Shown here one piece after another: positions 33,143 through 41,734 of a stretch of 64,000 nt of DNA. The translations under genes were made by a program, and so were the position numbers. The notes beneath the pieces were generated by a model. That model saw nothing but the letters and a program-made list of their open reading frames with translations, did not search any database and was not told where the DNA came from. The stretch's first letter is position 1. Each line of letters starts with the position of its first letter. Origin of the DNA: Leptonemataceae bacterium (lineage in GTDB: Bacteria > Spirochaetota > Leptospiria > Leptospirales > Leptonemataceae); contig OZ245742.1 of NCBI GenBank assembly GCA_965227295.1, forward strand, positions 3,936,001 through 4,000,000, given 5' to 3'.

Positions 33143-34699
33143 ATGTCCGGCAAAGATTCGCAGAAGAAATCGAACCAGAAAGCCCCCCCGCAAAATCCTG
33201 AAGAAGATCTGTCGCCTTCGGACATCTACGAAATGCGCCTGCGCAAGCTGGCCGTTTTACAGGAGTCCGGCAAGGACCCCTACATGCAGGAGTTCCAGCC
33301 GGAGATCGGTGCCGCGGATTTGCTCCAGGTTCCCGAGGCCGAGTTCTCCGAGGAAACCACATTTGCCGTGGCCGGTCGCATTCGTTCGAAGCGGCTCATG
33401 GGCAAGGCCGGATTCTTCGACCTGGAAGATGCGAGCGGCCGCATTCAGCTCTACGGCAGCAAGAAGGATCTCGGTGACGACTACGAACTCTTCACCGGCC
33501 TGGACCTCGGCGACGTCGTCGGCGTGCGCGGCTTCTTATTCGTAACGAAGACCGGCCAGACCACGCTGCATCTCAAAGCAATCATCCTGCTCGCGAAGTG
33601 CCTGCGCCCGCTGCCCGCCGTCAAAGAGGCGGACGGCAAGGTCTTCGACGCCTTCGCCGACAAAGAGCAACGCTATCGCCAGCGCTACGTCGATCTCATC
33701 GTCAATCCTCACGTGCGCGATACGTTCGTTCTGCGTTCGCGTATCGTCCAGACCATGCGCCAGACGTTGACGGAGCGCGACTTTCTCGAAGTAGAAACGC
33801 CCATGATGCATCCCATCCCGGGCGGGGCCGCGGCCCGGCCGTTCATCACGCATCACAACACACTGGACATGGATCTGTATCTGCGCATCGCGCCGGAGTT
33901 GTATCTCAAACGACTCATCGTCGGCGGTTTTCCGAAGGTGTTCGAAATCAACCGAAACTTCCGGAACGAGGGCATCAGCTTCAAGCACAACCCCGAGTTC
34001 ACCATGCTCGAACTCTACGAAGCCTACGGCAACATGAGCACCATGCTGGCGCTCTGCGAAGAGCTGATCGCGGGAACGGCGCAGAAGCTACTCGGTGACT
34101 ATAAGATTCCGTACGGCGATGACACCATCGATCTCACGCCGCCCTGGACACGCCTGCCGTACCTCGAAGCCATTGAAAAGTACTCCGGCGTGAAACTCGA
34201 AGAGGGCATGGCCGTGGACGCGGCGCGCTCCGCCGCGGAAAAGGCCGGCCTCAAGCAAGACGCTCTCGCCGACTGCGACTCCGTCTGGAAAGTCGCGGAG
34301 CTGTTGTTCGACGAAAAGGTGGAGCACCATCTCGTACAACCGGTGTTTATTACGGACTTTCCGCTGGAGCTATCGCCGCTCGCGAAGGCGTATCCGGATC
34401 GCCCGGAAGTCGTGCAACGCTTCGAGCCGTACATCTGCGGCCGCGAGATGGGCAACGCCTTCAGCGAGTTGAACGATCCTCTGGATCAGAAGCGACGCTT
34501 CGAAGCGCAGGTGAAAGAGCGCGAGGCGGGCAACGCGGAGGGCGGTTACATGGACCTGGACTACGTCCGGGCCCTCGAATACGGCATGCCGCCGACCGGA
34601 GGTATGGGCATCGGCATCGATCGGTTGGTCATGTTGCTCACGAATTCACATAGCATTCGCGATACGATCCTCTTTCCCTTGCTCCGGGCGGAGGGTTGA
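33143..34699 (+). CDS. lysS: lysine--tRNA ligase (class II)
   Basis: RYRQRYVDLI, GGAAARPFITHHN, RNFRNEG and YGMPPTGGMGIGIDRL. Confidence 0.99.
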   Translation: MSGKDSQKKSNQKAPPQNPEEDLSPSDIYEMRLRKLAVLQESGKDPYMQEFQPEIGAADLLQVPEAEFSEETTFAVAGRIRSKRLMGKAGFFDLEDASGRIQLYGSKKDLGDDYELFTGLDLGDVVGVRGFLFVTKTGQTTLHLKAIILLAKCLRPLPAVKEADGKVFDAFADKEQRYRQRYVDLIVNPHVRDTFVLRSRIVQTMRQTLTERDFLEVETPMMHPIPGGAAARPFITHHNTLDMDLYLRIAPELYLKRLIVGGFPKVFEINRNFRNEGISFKHNPEFTMLELYEAYGNMSTMLALCEELIAGTAQKLLGDYKIPYGDDTIDLTPPWTRLPYLEAIEKYSGVKLEEGMAVDAARSAAEKAGLKQDALADCDSVWKVAELLFDEKVEHHLVQPVFITDFPLELSPLAKAYPDRPEVVQRFEPYICGREMGNAFSELNDPLDQKRRFEAQVKEREAGNAEGGYMDLDYVRALEYGMPPTGGMGIGIDRLVMLLTNSHSIRDTILFPLLRAEG

Positions 34700-34711
34700 A
34701 GTATCTTGTTG

Positions 34712-34843
34712 TAACTCCGAGGACCGAGGGGCCGAGGTTTTTTGGGGAGGGTTGGGCTCGTTGATCGTTGGTCAGCTATGCGATTCGGTTTGTTTAAGAA
34801 TCTTCTCCCGCCTTGAATCTCGTACCCTCGGTCCTCGGAGTTA
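34712..34843. repeat. 132-bp element with perfect 19-bp terminal inverted repeats, CCGAGG family
   Basis: TAACTCCGAGGACCGAGGG (34712-34730) and CCCTCGGTCCTCGGAGTTA (34825-34843). Confidence 0.88.
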
Positions 34844-34864
34844 AAAAATCCTCACGGACCCTCC

Positions 34865-36976
34865 ATGCACGACATTCCACTCCTCAAAGAACTCATCGTC
34901 ATTCTCGTAATCGTCATTCCGGCGATCTTAGTGGGCATGCGCCTGCGTATTCCGTCCATCGTCGTCTTCTTGATCGTCGGCGGCGTGTTGGGCCCGTCGG
35001 CTTTCGGACTCGTGGAAAGCCGGCACGAGGTGGAGTTGCTCGCCGAGATCGGCGTGGTGTTGTTGCTGTTTACCATCGGTCTTGAGTTTTCCCTCGAAAA
35101 ACTCGGGCGCCTCAAGTTCCTGGTGCTCTTCGCCGGCGGCGGCCAGGTGGGACTCACGATCCTGGTGGTCTGGTCCACCGCGATGTACGGCGGCGTGAGC
35201 TTCGAGCGGGCCATGGTTCTCGGCTTTCTTGTGGCGCTCTCGTCGACAGTGATCGTGCTCAAGACCCTCGGTGCCCGCGGCGAAGTGGACACGCCCGAGG
35301 GCCGCGTGTCGCTGAGTATTCTGCTCTTTCAGGATTTGATGATCGTGCCCATGATGCTGATCCTGCCGTTGCTCGCGGCCGGTGCCGACGGCGGCGGTGT
35401 GGACCTGGGCAGCCTCACCGCGACGATCGGCGTGGCCTTCGGCGGCGTCGTGTTCATTCTCGTGGGCGCGTATTTGGTCGTGCCGTACCTGTTAAAATTC
35501 ACGGCGAGCGCCAACAATCGTGAACTCTTTTTGCTGACGGTCATTTTCATCGTCTTCGGCACGGCCTACATCGCGACGTACTTCGGATTGTCGCTCGCCC
35601 TGGGCGCGTTCCTGGCCGGGCTCATCGTCTCGGAGTCCGACTACGCGGATCAGGTAGTGGCGGACGTGCTGCCCATGCGCGATGCGTTGTCGTCGTTGTT
35701 TTTCATCGCGATGGGCATGTTTCTCGACGTGGACTTCTTGCGGGAGAATTACGCGCAGGTGCTGGGCGCCGCGGCGATCATTCTCCTGCTCAAGGGCGCC
35801 ATCATCACCTTCGTCGTCTATGCCATGTCCTATCCCTTGCGTCTCGCCATCGTCAGCGGTTTGATCCTCGGGCAGATCGGTGAGTTCAGTTTCATTCTGG
35901 CACTGAGTGCCAACGAATACAGGTTAATCGCCGAGCAGGACTACCAGCTCTTTCTTTCGGCCAGCGTGGCCACGATGATGCTCGCGCCCTTCCTCATTCG
36001 TTACGCCGGGCGCTTCGGTTTTTTACTGGAAGATCGACTCGGCCTGGAACGTCTCTCTCAACCGTTTGTACAACTGCGGCGCATCCTGTCCCGCGAGCGG
36101 ACAGAGGAGACCGGCGTCCGCGAAGCCGGGGCCGACGCCGCTCCGGAATCGGCGTCGCCGGCAAAGACGAAGGCGAAGACGGAGAAATCCGATGCGCTCT
36201 CGGGTCACGTCATCATCGTGGGTTTCGGCAAGTCCGGCCAGCAGCTAAGCCAGGTCCTCGGGCGCGTGGGCATTAAGTTTGTCGTGTGTGAGATCGACCA
36301 CCGGCGCTTTCGTCTGGCCCGGGAACAGGACAGCCCGGCCATCTACGGCGATGCGGCGAGCACCGAGATCCTGCATAAACTCCACGTGCACAGCGCTTCG
36401 TCCCTGGTGCTTACCGCCGGGACGCCGGACATCGTCGCGCGCACCGTGCGCGTGGCCCGCAAAGAAAATCCGCGCATACACGTCATTGCACGGACCCGCT
36501 ACATCGACGACATCGAATCCCTGCGCCTCGCCGGCGTGGATCAGGTGGTGCCGGAGGAAATGGAGACGTCCATCGAGATCTTCTCGTTGGTGCTGCGGCA
36601 CTATCACATCCCGCGGAATGTCGTCGCCACCCAGATCGCCGTCATCCGCAGCGAGGACTACGGCCCGCTGGTGGGCAACGAGGCAGGTTCCACTCAATCG
36701 AAGTTAGAGCAACTCACGCACATTCTTTCGGCCACCGCCACGGAATCCGGCCTGCTCCTGGACGACTCGCCGGCCATCGGCAAAAGCGTCGCCGACACGA
36801 ACATCTTCGGTGAAACGAATGTGACGATCATTGCCGTGGTTCGTTCGGATCAGAGCGTTGCGCACAATCCGGGCGGCGACTTCGTCTTTGCGGCGGGGGA
36901 CATCGTGATTATGATCGGCACCCACGCCGACATCGACGCGGCGTTGGGCGTGCTCGGCGGGAAAGTGGTTTCGTGA
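34865..36976 (+). CDS. CPA2-family cation:proton antiporter (Kef-like) with TrkA_N and TrkA_C domains
   Basis: LAEIGVVLLLFTIGLE, LLFQDL, LGAFLAG, HVIIVGFGKSG and a C-terminal RCK_C domain. Confidence 0.92.
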   Translation: MHDIPLLKELIVILVIVIPAILVGMRLRIPSIVVFLIVGGVLGPSAFGLVESRHEVELLAEIGVVLLLFTIGLEFSLEKLGRLKFLVLFAGGGQVGLTILVVWSTAMYGGVSFERAMVLGFLVALSSTVIVLKTLGARGEVDTPEGRVSLSILLFQDLMIVPMMLILPLLAAGADGGGVDLGSLTATIGVAFGGVVFILVGAYLVVPYLLKFTASANNRELFLLTVIFIVFGTAYIATYFGLSLALGAFLAGLIVSESDYADQVVADVLPMRDALSSLFFIAMGMFLDVDFLRENYAQVLGAAAIILLLKGAIITFVVYAMSYPLRLAIVSGLILGQIGEFSFILALSANEYRLIAEQDYQLFLSASVATMMLAPFLIRYAGRFGFLLEDRLGLERLSQPFVQLRRILSRERTEETGVREAGADAAPESASPAKTKAKTEKSDALSGHVIIVGFGKSGQQLSQVLGRVGIKFVVCEIDHRRFRLAREQDSPAIYGDAASTEILHKLHVHSASSLVLTAGTPDIVARTVRVARKENPRIHVIARTRYIDDIESLRLAGVDQVVPEEMETSIEIFSLVLRHYHIPRNVVATQIAVIRSEDYGPLVGNEAGSTQSKLEQLTHILSATATESGLLLDDSPAIGKSVADTNIFGETNVTIIAVVRSDQSVAHNPGGDFVFAAGDIVIMIGTHADIDAALGVLGGKVVS

Positions 36977-37000
36977 TCCTCTTGCCACAGACGATGATGT

Positions 37001-38151
37001 GTCTTATTCGCAAGAATCGCTATGGTAGCTGAGTCGCACAACCAGCGTCCGGTGTCGGCAAGGCCCCACTTGTTGGGGCCGCGGCAGTTGGTTCCCCACT
37101 GGCAGTATTCTTAACAAAACGAAAATCCACAACTCCTGCGAGCCGTAGCCAAAAGATTCCCTTCACTATGCTGCAACATACTTCATATTCATCCCGGTCA
37201 ACGCAACGAACCGCAGCTCTTGAACTGCCGGAAAGTTTTTATTCGTTCGAGTACGCCCCGAATCGTGGTGTAAGTTGAGGCCAGTTTGGATTAACACTTT
37301 TTTGGGTACAGCTGGTTCCAGCAGATGAACGGAGGTTGTGCCGGGGAACGTGGTAAGGCGCACCGGAACGGCGTCTTCTTCGTAAGAGACGCTACAGTTG
37401 CTGAGTCACAAACCGACGTCCGGGTCGAGGCGGACGATCTTAGCAAAACGAAATACCACAACTCCCGCTTCGCTGTAGCCAAATCAACCCCCTCACGATT
37501 GCGCAACTTACCTTGTGTGTCTCACGGTAAACGCAACGAACTGCAGCTCTTGAACTACCGGAAACGCCCGGGTAGTTCGCACACGCCCCGAATTGTGGTG
37601 TAAGTGGCGGCCAACGTAAAGTAAGTCTTTTGTGGGTACAGCTGGTTCCAGGGGCAAGGCCACGCTTGTCGTGGCCGCGGCAGTTGTTCCCCACCCACGG
37701 AGGTTATGCCGGGGAACGTGTTAAGGCGCACCGGAACGGCGTCTTCTTCGCAAGAGACGCTACAGTTGCTGAGTCACAAACCGACGTCCGGGTCGAGGCG
37801 GGCGATCTTAGCAAAACGAAATACCACAACTCCTGCGAGCCGTAGCCAAATCAACCCCCTCACGATTGCGCAACTTACCTTGTGTGTCTCACGGTAAACG
37901 CAACGAACTGCAGCTCTTGAACTGCCGGAAAGTTTTTATTCGTTCGAGTACGCCCCGAATCGTGGTGTAAGTTGAGGCCAGTTTGGATTAACACTTTTTT
38001 GGGTACAGCTGGTTCCAGCAGATGAACGGAGGTTATGCCGGGGGACGTGGTAAGGCGCACCGGAACGGCGTCTTCTTCGTAAAGATCCAGCAAGCGAATC
38101 CGCACCCCGTAGTCCCGCTCTATCCGCGGGGCGGAGCGGGTGCGGTTGCGC
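37001..38151 (+). repeat. 330-bp-unit repeat array 3 (about three units plus hairpin modules)
   Basis: ACGCCCCGAAT at 37253, 37583 and 37950 gives spacings of 330 and 367, the latter containing a hairpin insert. Fills the convergent gap 36976/38154. Confidence 0.97.
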
Positions 38152-38153
38152 GT

Positions 38154-39179
38154 TTACTTTCTAAATAAGTAATGCGTCACTTCCCATTCCTTGCCGCCGC
38201 GCGCGCCGAATAGTTCCGCCACCGCCATGTAAAAGATCCGCCAGTAGGCCCACCACTTCGTGGCCTGATCCACTCCGTAGACGTTCTCCAGAATCGGCCG
38301 GATCCTCTCGCGATTGGCGTCCATGTTTTCCAGCCACGCTTCCGACGTACGTTGATAATGAACGCCGTCGACGACCCACATCTTTTCGATCTGCAACGGC
38401 GGAGCGAAGTGCAGGTACAGATTGCGCGACGGCATGATGCCGCCCGTAAAAAAGTAGCGACCCATCCAATCACTCGGACCTTCGCTTTCGAAAAGATAGG
38501 CCTGCTCGCGATGGTTGAATACGTGAATAAAAAGTTTGCCCTTCGGAGCGAGCCAGCTTCGGACCTTTGCAAACAGGGCCTCGTAGTTGCGCATATGTTC
38601 GAACATTTCCACGGAGACGATGCGCTGGAACTTCTTCTGCGTTTTGAAGACGTTCATGTCCTTCGTAATGACCTGCACGTTCTTGAGATTGCGTGCCTTG
38701 AGTTGTGATTGGATGTACTCGCGCTGGGGTTTTGAGTTGGAGACCGCCGTAATCTTGCTGTTCGGAAAGTTTTCGGCCATAAACAACGTGAGCGAACCCC
38801 AGCCGCAGCCCAGTTCCAGAATGGACTGCCCGTTCGTTATCTCCGCGCGATCCACGGTGAGTTCGAGCATGCGCCGCTCGGCGTCGTCCAGGTTCGTGAT
38901 GTTCGGTTCCCAGTAACACGAGCTGTATTTAAGATGTTTACCCAGGCAAAGTTCGAAGAACGCCGGCGGCAGCTCGTAGTGCTGCTCGTTCGCTTCTTTC
39001 GTCGCGTAAGCGATGTCGGACTTGCGCAGTTCTTCGACGAGTTGCATGAACTCGCGTTGTTGTTCTTCGGAAGATTGGGCCGCGAACCGGCGCAGCCGCC
39101 CGTTGTTCAACCGGCGGATCCCCAGGCGAATGAGCATGTCGGGCAAGAGATTTTTTTCTAACAGACGATCTAATAGCAT
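38154..39179 (-). CDS. SAM-dependent methyltransferase, CFA-synthase / coclaurine N-methyltransferase-like
   Basis: ANEQHYELP, LKYSSCYW, ILELGCGWGS, VSVEMFEHMRNY and WMGRYFFTGG. Confidence 0.9.
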   Translation of the reverse strand: MLLDRLLEKNLLPDMLIRLGIRRLNNGRLRRFAAQSSEEQQREFMQLVEELRKSDIAYATKEANEQHYELPPAFFELCLGKHLKYSSCYWEPNITNLDDAERRMLELTVDRAEITNGQSILELGCGWGSLTLFMAENFPNSKITAVSNSKPQREYIQSQLKARNLKNVQVITKDMNVFKTQKKFQRIVSVEMFEHMRNYEALFAKVRSWLAPKGKLFIHVFNHREQAYLFESEGPSDWMGRYFFTGGIMPSRNLYLHFAPPLQIEKMWVVDGVHYQRTSEAWLENMDANRERIRPILENVYGVDQATKWWAYWRIFYMAVAELFGARGGKEWEVTHYLFRK

Positions 39180-39235
39180 GTCAGGATGGAAATAAATGAA
39201 CCGTCATCGAACCGGCGACGTTTTAGTTTGATTGC

Positions 39236-40672
39236 ATGGCGAAAAGCGAAAGAGCTCCCACGAACGGCGACGAAGCAAAGCTCCCGCTGCGCGCGAAGCT
39301 CGGATATGGTACCGCGGAACTCGGCGTCAGCGCCGTGGAGATGCTGATCCAGGTATACCTGCTCAAGTTTTACAACGTCGTCGTCGGCCTCGATGAGATC
39401 TGGACGGGCCTGGCCCTGGCCATCGCCGTACTCTGGGACGCGCTGAGCGATCCCATTATGGGCGCCATCTCGGATCGTACGCGGAGCAGGGCCGGCAAGC
39501 GTCGGGTCTACTTCATTCCGGGCGCGATTGCGCTGAGTGTTTCGTTTATTCTGATCTTCAACCCGCCGGAGCTGGACTCGCAGCTCTTTAAGTTTCTGTT
39601 CCTGCTGGTTACGTATCTCATGGTCAACACCGGCATGACCATCATCGCGGTGCCCCATTCGGCTCTGGGCGGCGAACTCTCCTTTAATCGCGACGAACGC
39701 ACCGAGGTCTACGGTTCGCGACTCTTCTTCGGCACTGTCGGTCTGCTTGTGGGGACGATCCTGCCCGGCCTGGTCCTGGCGGGCCTCGGCGGCAAAGAAA
39801 CTCCGGAGAACATCGAGACCTCGCGCAACCTGGCGAGCGTTTACCTGGCCGTCCCCATCTTAGTTACCGCCGTGCTCTCGTACTGGTCCACCGCCGGACG
39901 GGAGCGGGCGCATCAGGACGTGGTCGCCGGTGAGGGCGGGGTGGGCGCGTTCTTTGTGTCGCTCTGGCAAATCATCCTTAGCCCGGTGTTCCTGCCGCTG
40001 CTTCTGGCCTTCGCCGTAGCCGGCATCGGCCGGGCGCTCAACGCATCGATCGCGCTGTACTACTACGAATATCGCCTGGAGCTGCCGGAGAGCGAAACGG
40101 TCTTCAAGATTCTACTGCCGTTCTTCTTTTTTATCATCGCATCGATCCTGCCCTGGGTCTTCGCGTCGAAACGCCTCGGTAAAAAATGGCCGGCCTTTTC
40201 GGGAATTTTCGGCCTCGGTCTCATGACCTGCATCGTCTACCCGCTCTTTCCGCCCGGCGATGCGACGTGGCCGTTGATCGCGGCGTTCATCGGCGGCATG
40301 CTCGGCGGCGCCCTCGTCCTGTTGGAATCCCTCGTCGCCGACATCGTGGACTACGACGAACTCAAGACCGGCCAGAACCGGGAGGGACTCTACTTCGGCG
40401 CCTGGCGGATGAGTACGAAGGTCTCCCGGGCGGTGGGCATTCTCTTCGCGGTGGCGCTGTTGAGTTTGATCGGCTTTGAACGCGAGGCCGCGGAGCAAAG
40501 CGCGGGCACGCTCACCGGTCTCGCGCTTATCTTCGGTCCGGGGGTGGGGCTGCTGTTTATTGCGGGGGCCTTGCTGTTTGCGCTCATGCCGCTCACCGAT
40601 CGGAAGCACATGCAGGTGCAGCGGATTCTGCGCCGGCGACGGAATCGAAATTCCGCAATGCATCGGACTTGA
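39236..40672 (+). CDS. MFS transporter, GPH/MelB-like
   Basis: WDALSDPIMGAISDRTRSRAGKRR, ADIVDYDELKTGQNREGLYFG and about 12 TM segments. Confidence 0.9.
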   Translation: MAKSERAPTNGDEAKLPLRAKLGYGTAELGVSAVEMLIQVYLLKFYNVVVGLDEIWTGLALAIAVLWDALSDPIMGAISDRTRSRAGKRRVYFIPGAIALSVSFILIFNPPELDSQLFKFLFLLVTYLMVNTGMTIIAVPHSALGGELSFNRDERTEVYGSRLFFGTVGLLVGTILPGLVLAGLGGKETPENIETSRNLASVYLAVPILVTAVLSYWSTAGRERAHQDVVAGEGGVGAFFVSLWQIILSPVFLPLLLAFAVAGIGRALNASIALYYYEYRLELPESETVFKILLPFFFFIIASILPWVFASKRLGKKWPAFSGIFGLGLMTCIVYPLFPPGDATWPLIAAFIGGMLGGALVLLESLVADIVDYDELKTGQNREGLYFGAWRMSTKVSRAVGILFAVALLSLIGFEREAAEQSAGTLTGLALIFGPGVGLLFIAGALLFALMPLTDRKHMQVQRILRRRRNRNSAMHRT

Positions 40673-40771
40673 ACGGTGTTCGACATGGAATCCGGAACGT
40701 CTCATCTTGCAAGAAAAAGATTGGACGATGGTCGGATTCTGTCGTAACCTGAGCATAGGTCCGAAATCCAT

Positions 40772-41662
40772 ATGAAGTTCCTCATCAAAGATTTAAGCCG
40801 AATGACAAACTTTTCTCCGGCGCGCATTCGCAAGTGGCAGGAACGATATCGTATTTTTGAACCGACCCAGGGGAGCAACGGCTATTGGTACTACACCAAC
40901 GAGGACTATCTCGTTTTGCGGAGTATCCAGCAGCGTCTGGCCCTGGGTCAGAAGCTCTCCCACGTCATGTCTCTGGGGCGCGAGCATCTGCTGAACAACC
41001 TCATCAACGACGAGTTCTCCGAGGAAGAATGGAAATTGATCCAATGGATCAAGGATTCCAGCTACAAGGACCTCGGAAAATACGTCGAAGAGAAACGCGA
41101 CAGCGGTGGTCTGGCCTACACCGCGTGGATTCGCACCGTGCTGCAGCCGCTGGTATTGATGACCGGCCGGGCCTGGGAGACCGGTTTTCTTTCCGTAACG
41201 GAAGAACATGCGTTCAGTCGCTGGTTCCAGGGTTTCGTACAGAACAGCATCCGTGAAGTTGCCGGGCCGGAGAAGATCGACTGGCTGGTCGTCACCTTTC
41301 CCGGTGATGAACACGAACTGGGCGCACTCATGCACGCCGCTTTGTTGCAAAGTCGTAACAAAGGCGTCCGCTTCGCCGGGCACCTTCCGAAAGAAGAACT
41401 GTTGCGTGAGATTCGCGAGGGCGAGTATCGCAACGTAAGCATCTCCTGCGTACTACCCCAGGCGAAGGATAAAATCGAAGCGCTGCGTCGCGATATCAAG
41501 GGCGTTGATGATAGTTTGCGAGTTTATTTCGGCGGCTACATGTTCAGCGACAGGGATCGAAGCCAGGTCACCGCTTCAAACGGCGGGCATTCCGGGGCGA
41601 CGAATCTCGAACGCAAGGCCGCAGCGAAAGAAAGCTTAAGTGTACGCGAAGCCGTAAATTGA
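40772..41662 (+). CDS. MerR-family regulator with cobalamin-binding domain (CarH/LitR-like)
   Basis: MerR HTH (RIRKWQERY...GYWYY), W-x9-EH (WETGFLSVTEEH) and DEHELG B12-binding motifs. Confidence 0.8.
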   Translation: MKFLIKDLSRMTNFSPARIRKWQERYRIFEPTQGSNGYWYYTNEDYLVLRSIQQRLALGQKLSHVMSLGREHLLNNLINDEFSEEEWKLIQWIKDSSYKDLGKYVEEKRDSGGLAYTAWIRTVLQPLVLMTGRAWETGFLSVTEEHAFSRWFQGFVQNSIREVAGPEKIDWLVVTFPGDEHELGALMHAALLQSRNKGVRFAGHLPKEELLREIREGEYRNVSISCVLPQAKDKIEALRRDIKGVDDSLRVYFGGYMFSDRDRSQVTASNGGHSGATNLERKAAAKESLSVREAVN

Positions 41663-41734
41663 TACCCTCCGCGTTTTTCGCGCGACGTTGAAAAAAGTAA
41701 CCACCGTTTCGCCGCGAACTTCGTATCCTTAAAT

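Noticed and set aside
37325..37603. 92-aa ORFs in the repeat unit (also 6347..6625), and the 330-bp period being a multiple of 3
   Set aside because: Differences between copies are largely non-synonymous, and other units have frameshifting indels (329 and 367 spacings) or lack the ATG, so the unit is treated as non-coding. A dN/dS test on all genomic units would settle it.
39197..39216. GAACCG repeated at 11-bp spacing as a CarH-type operator
   Set aside because: Only two short copies, and no convincing equivalent upstream of the regulator or the oxidoreductase.
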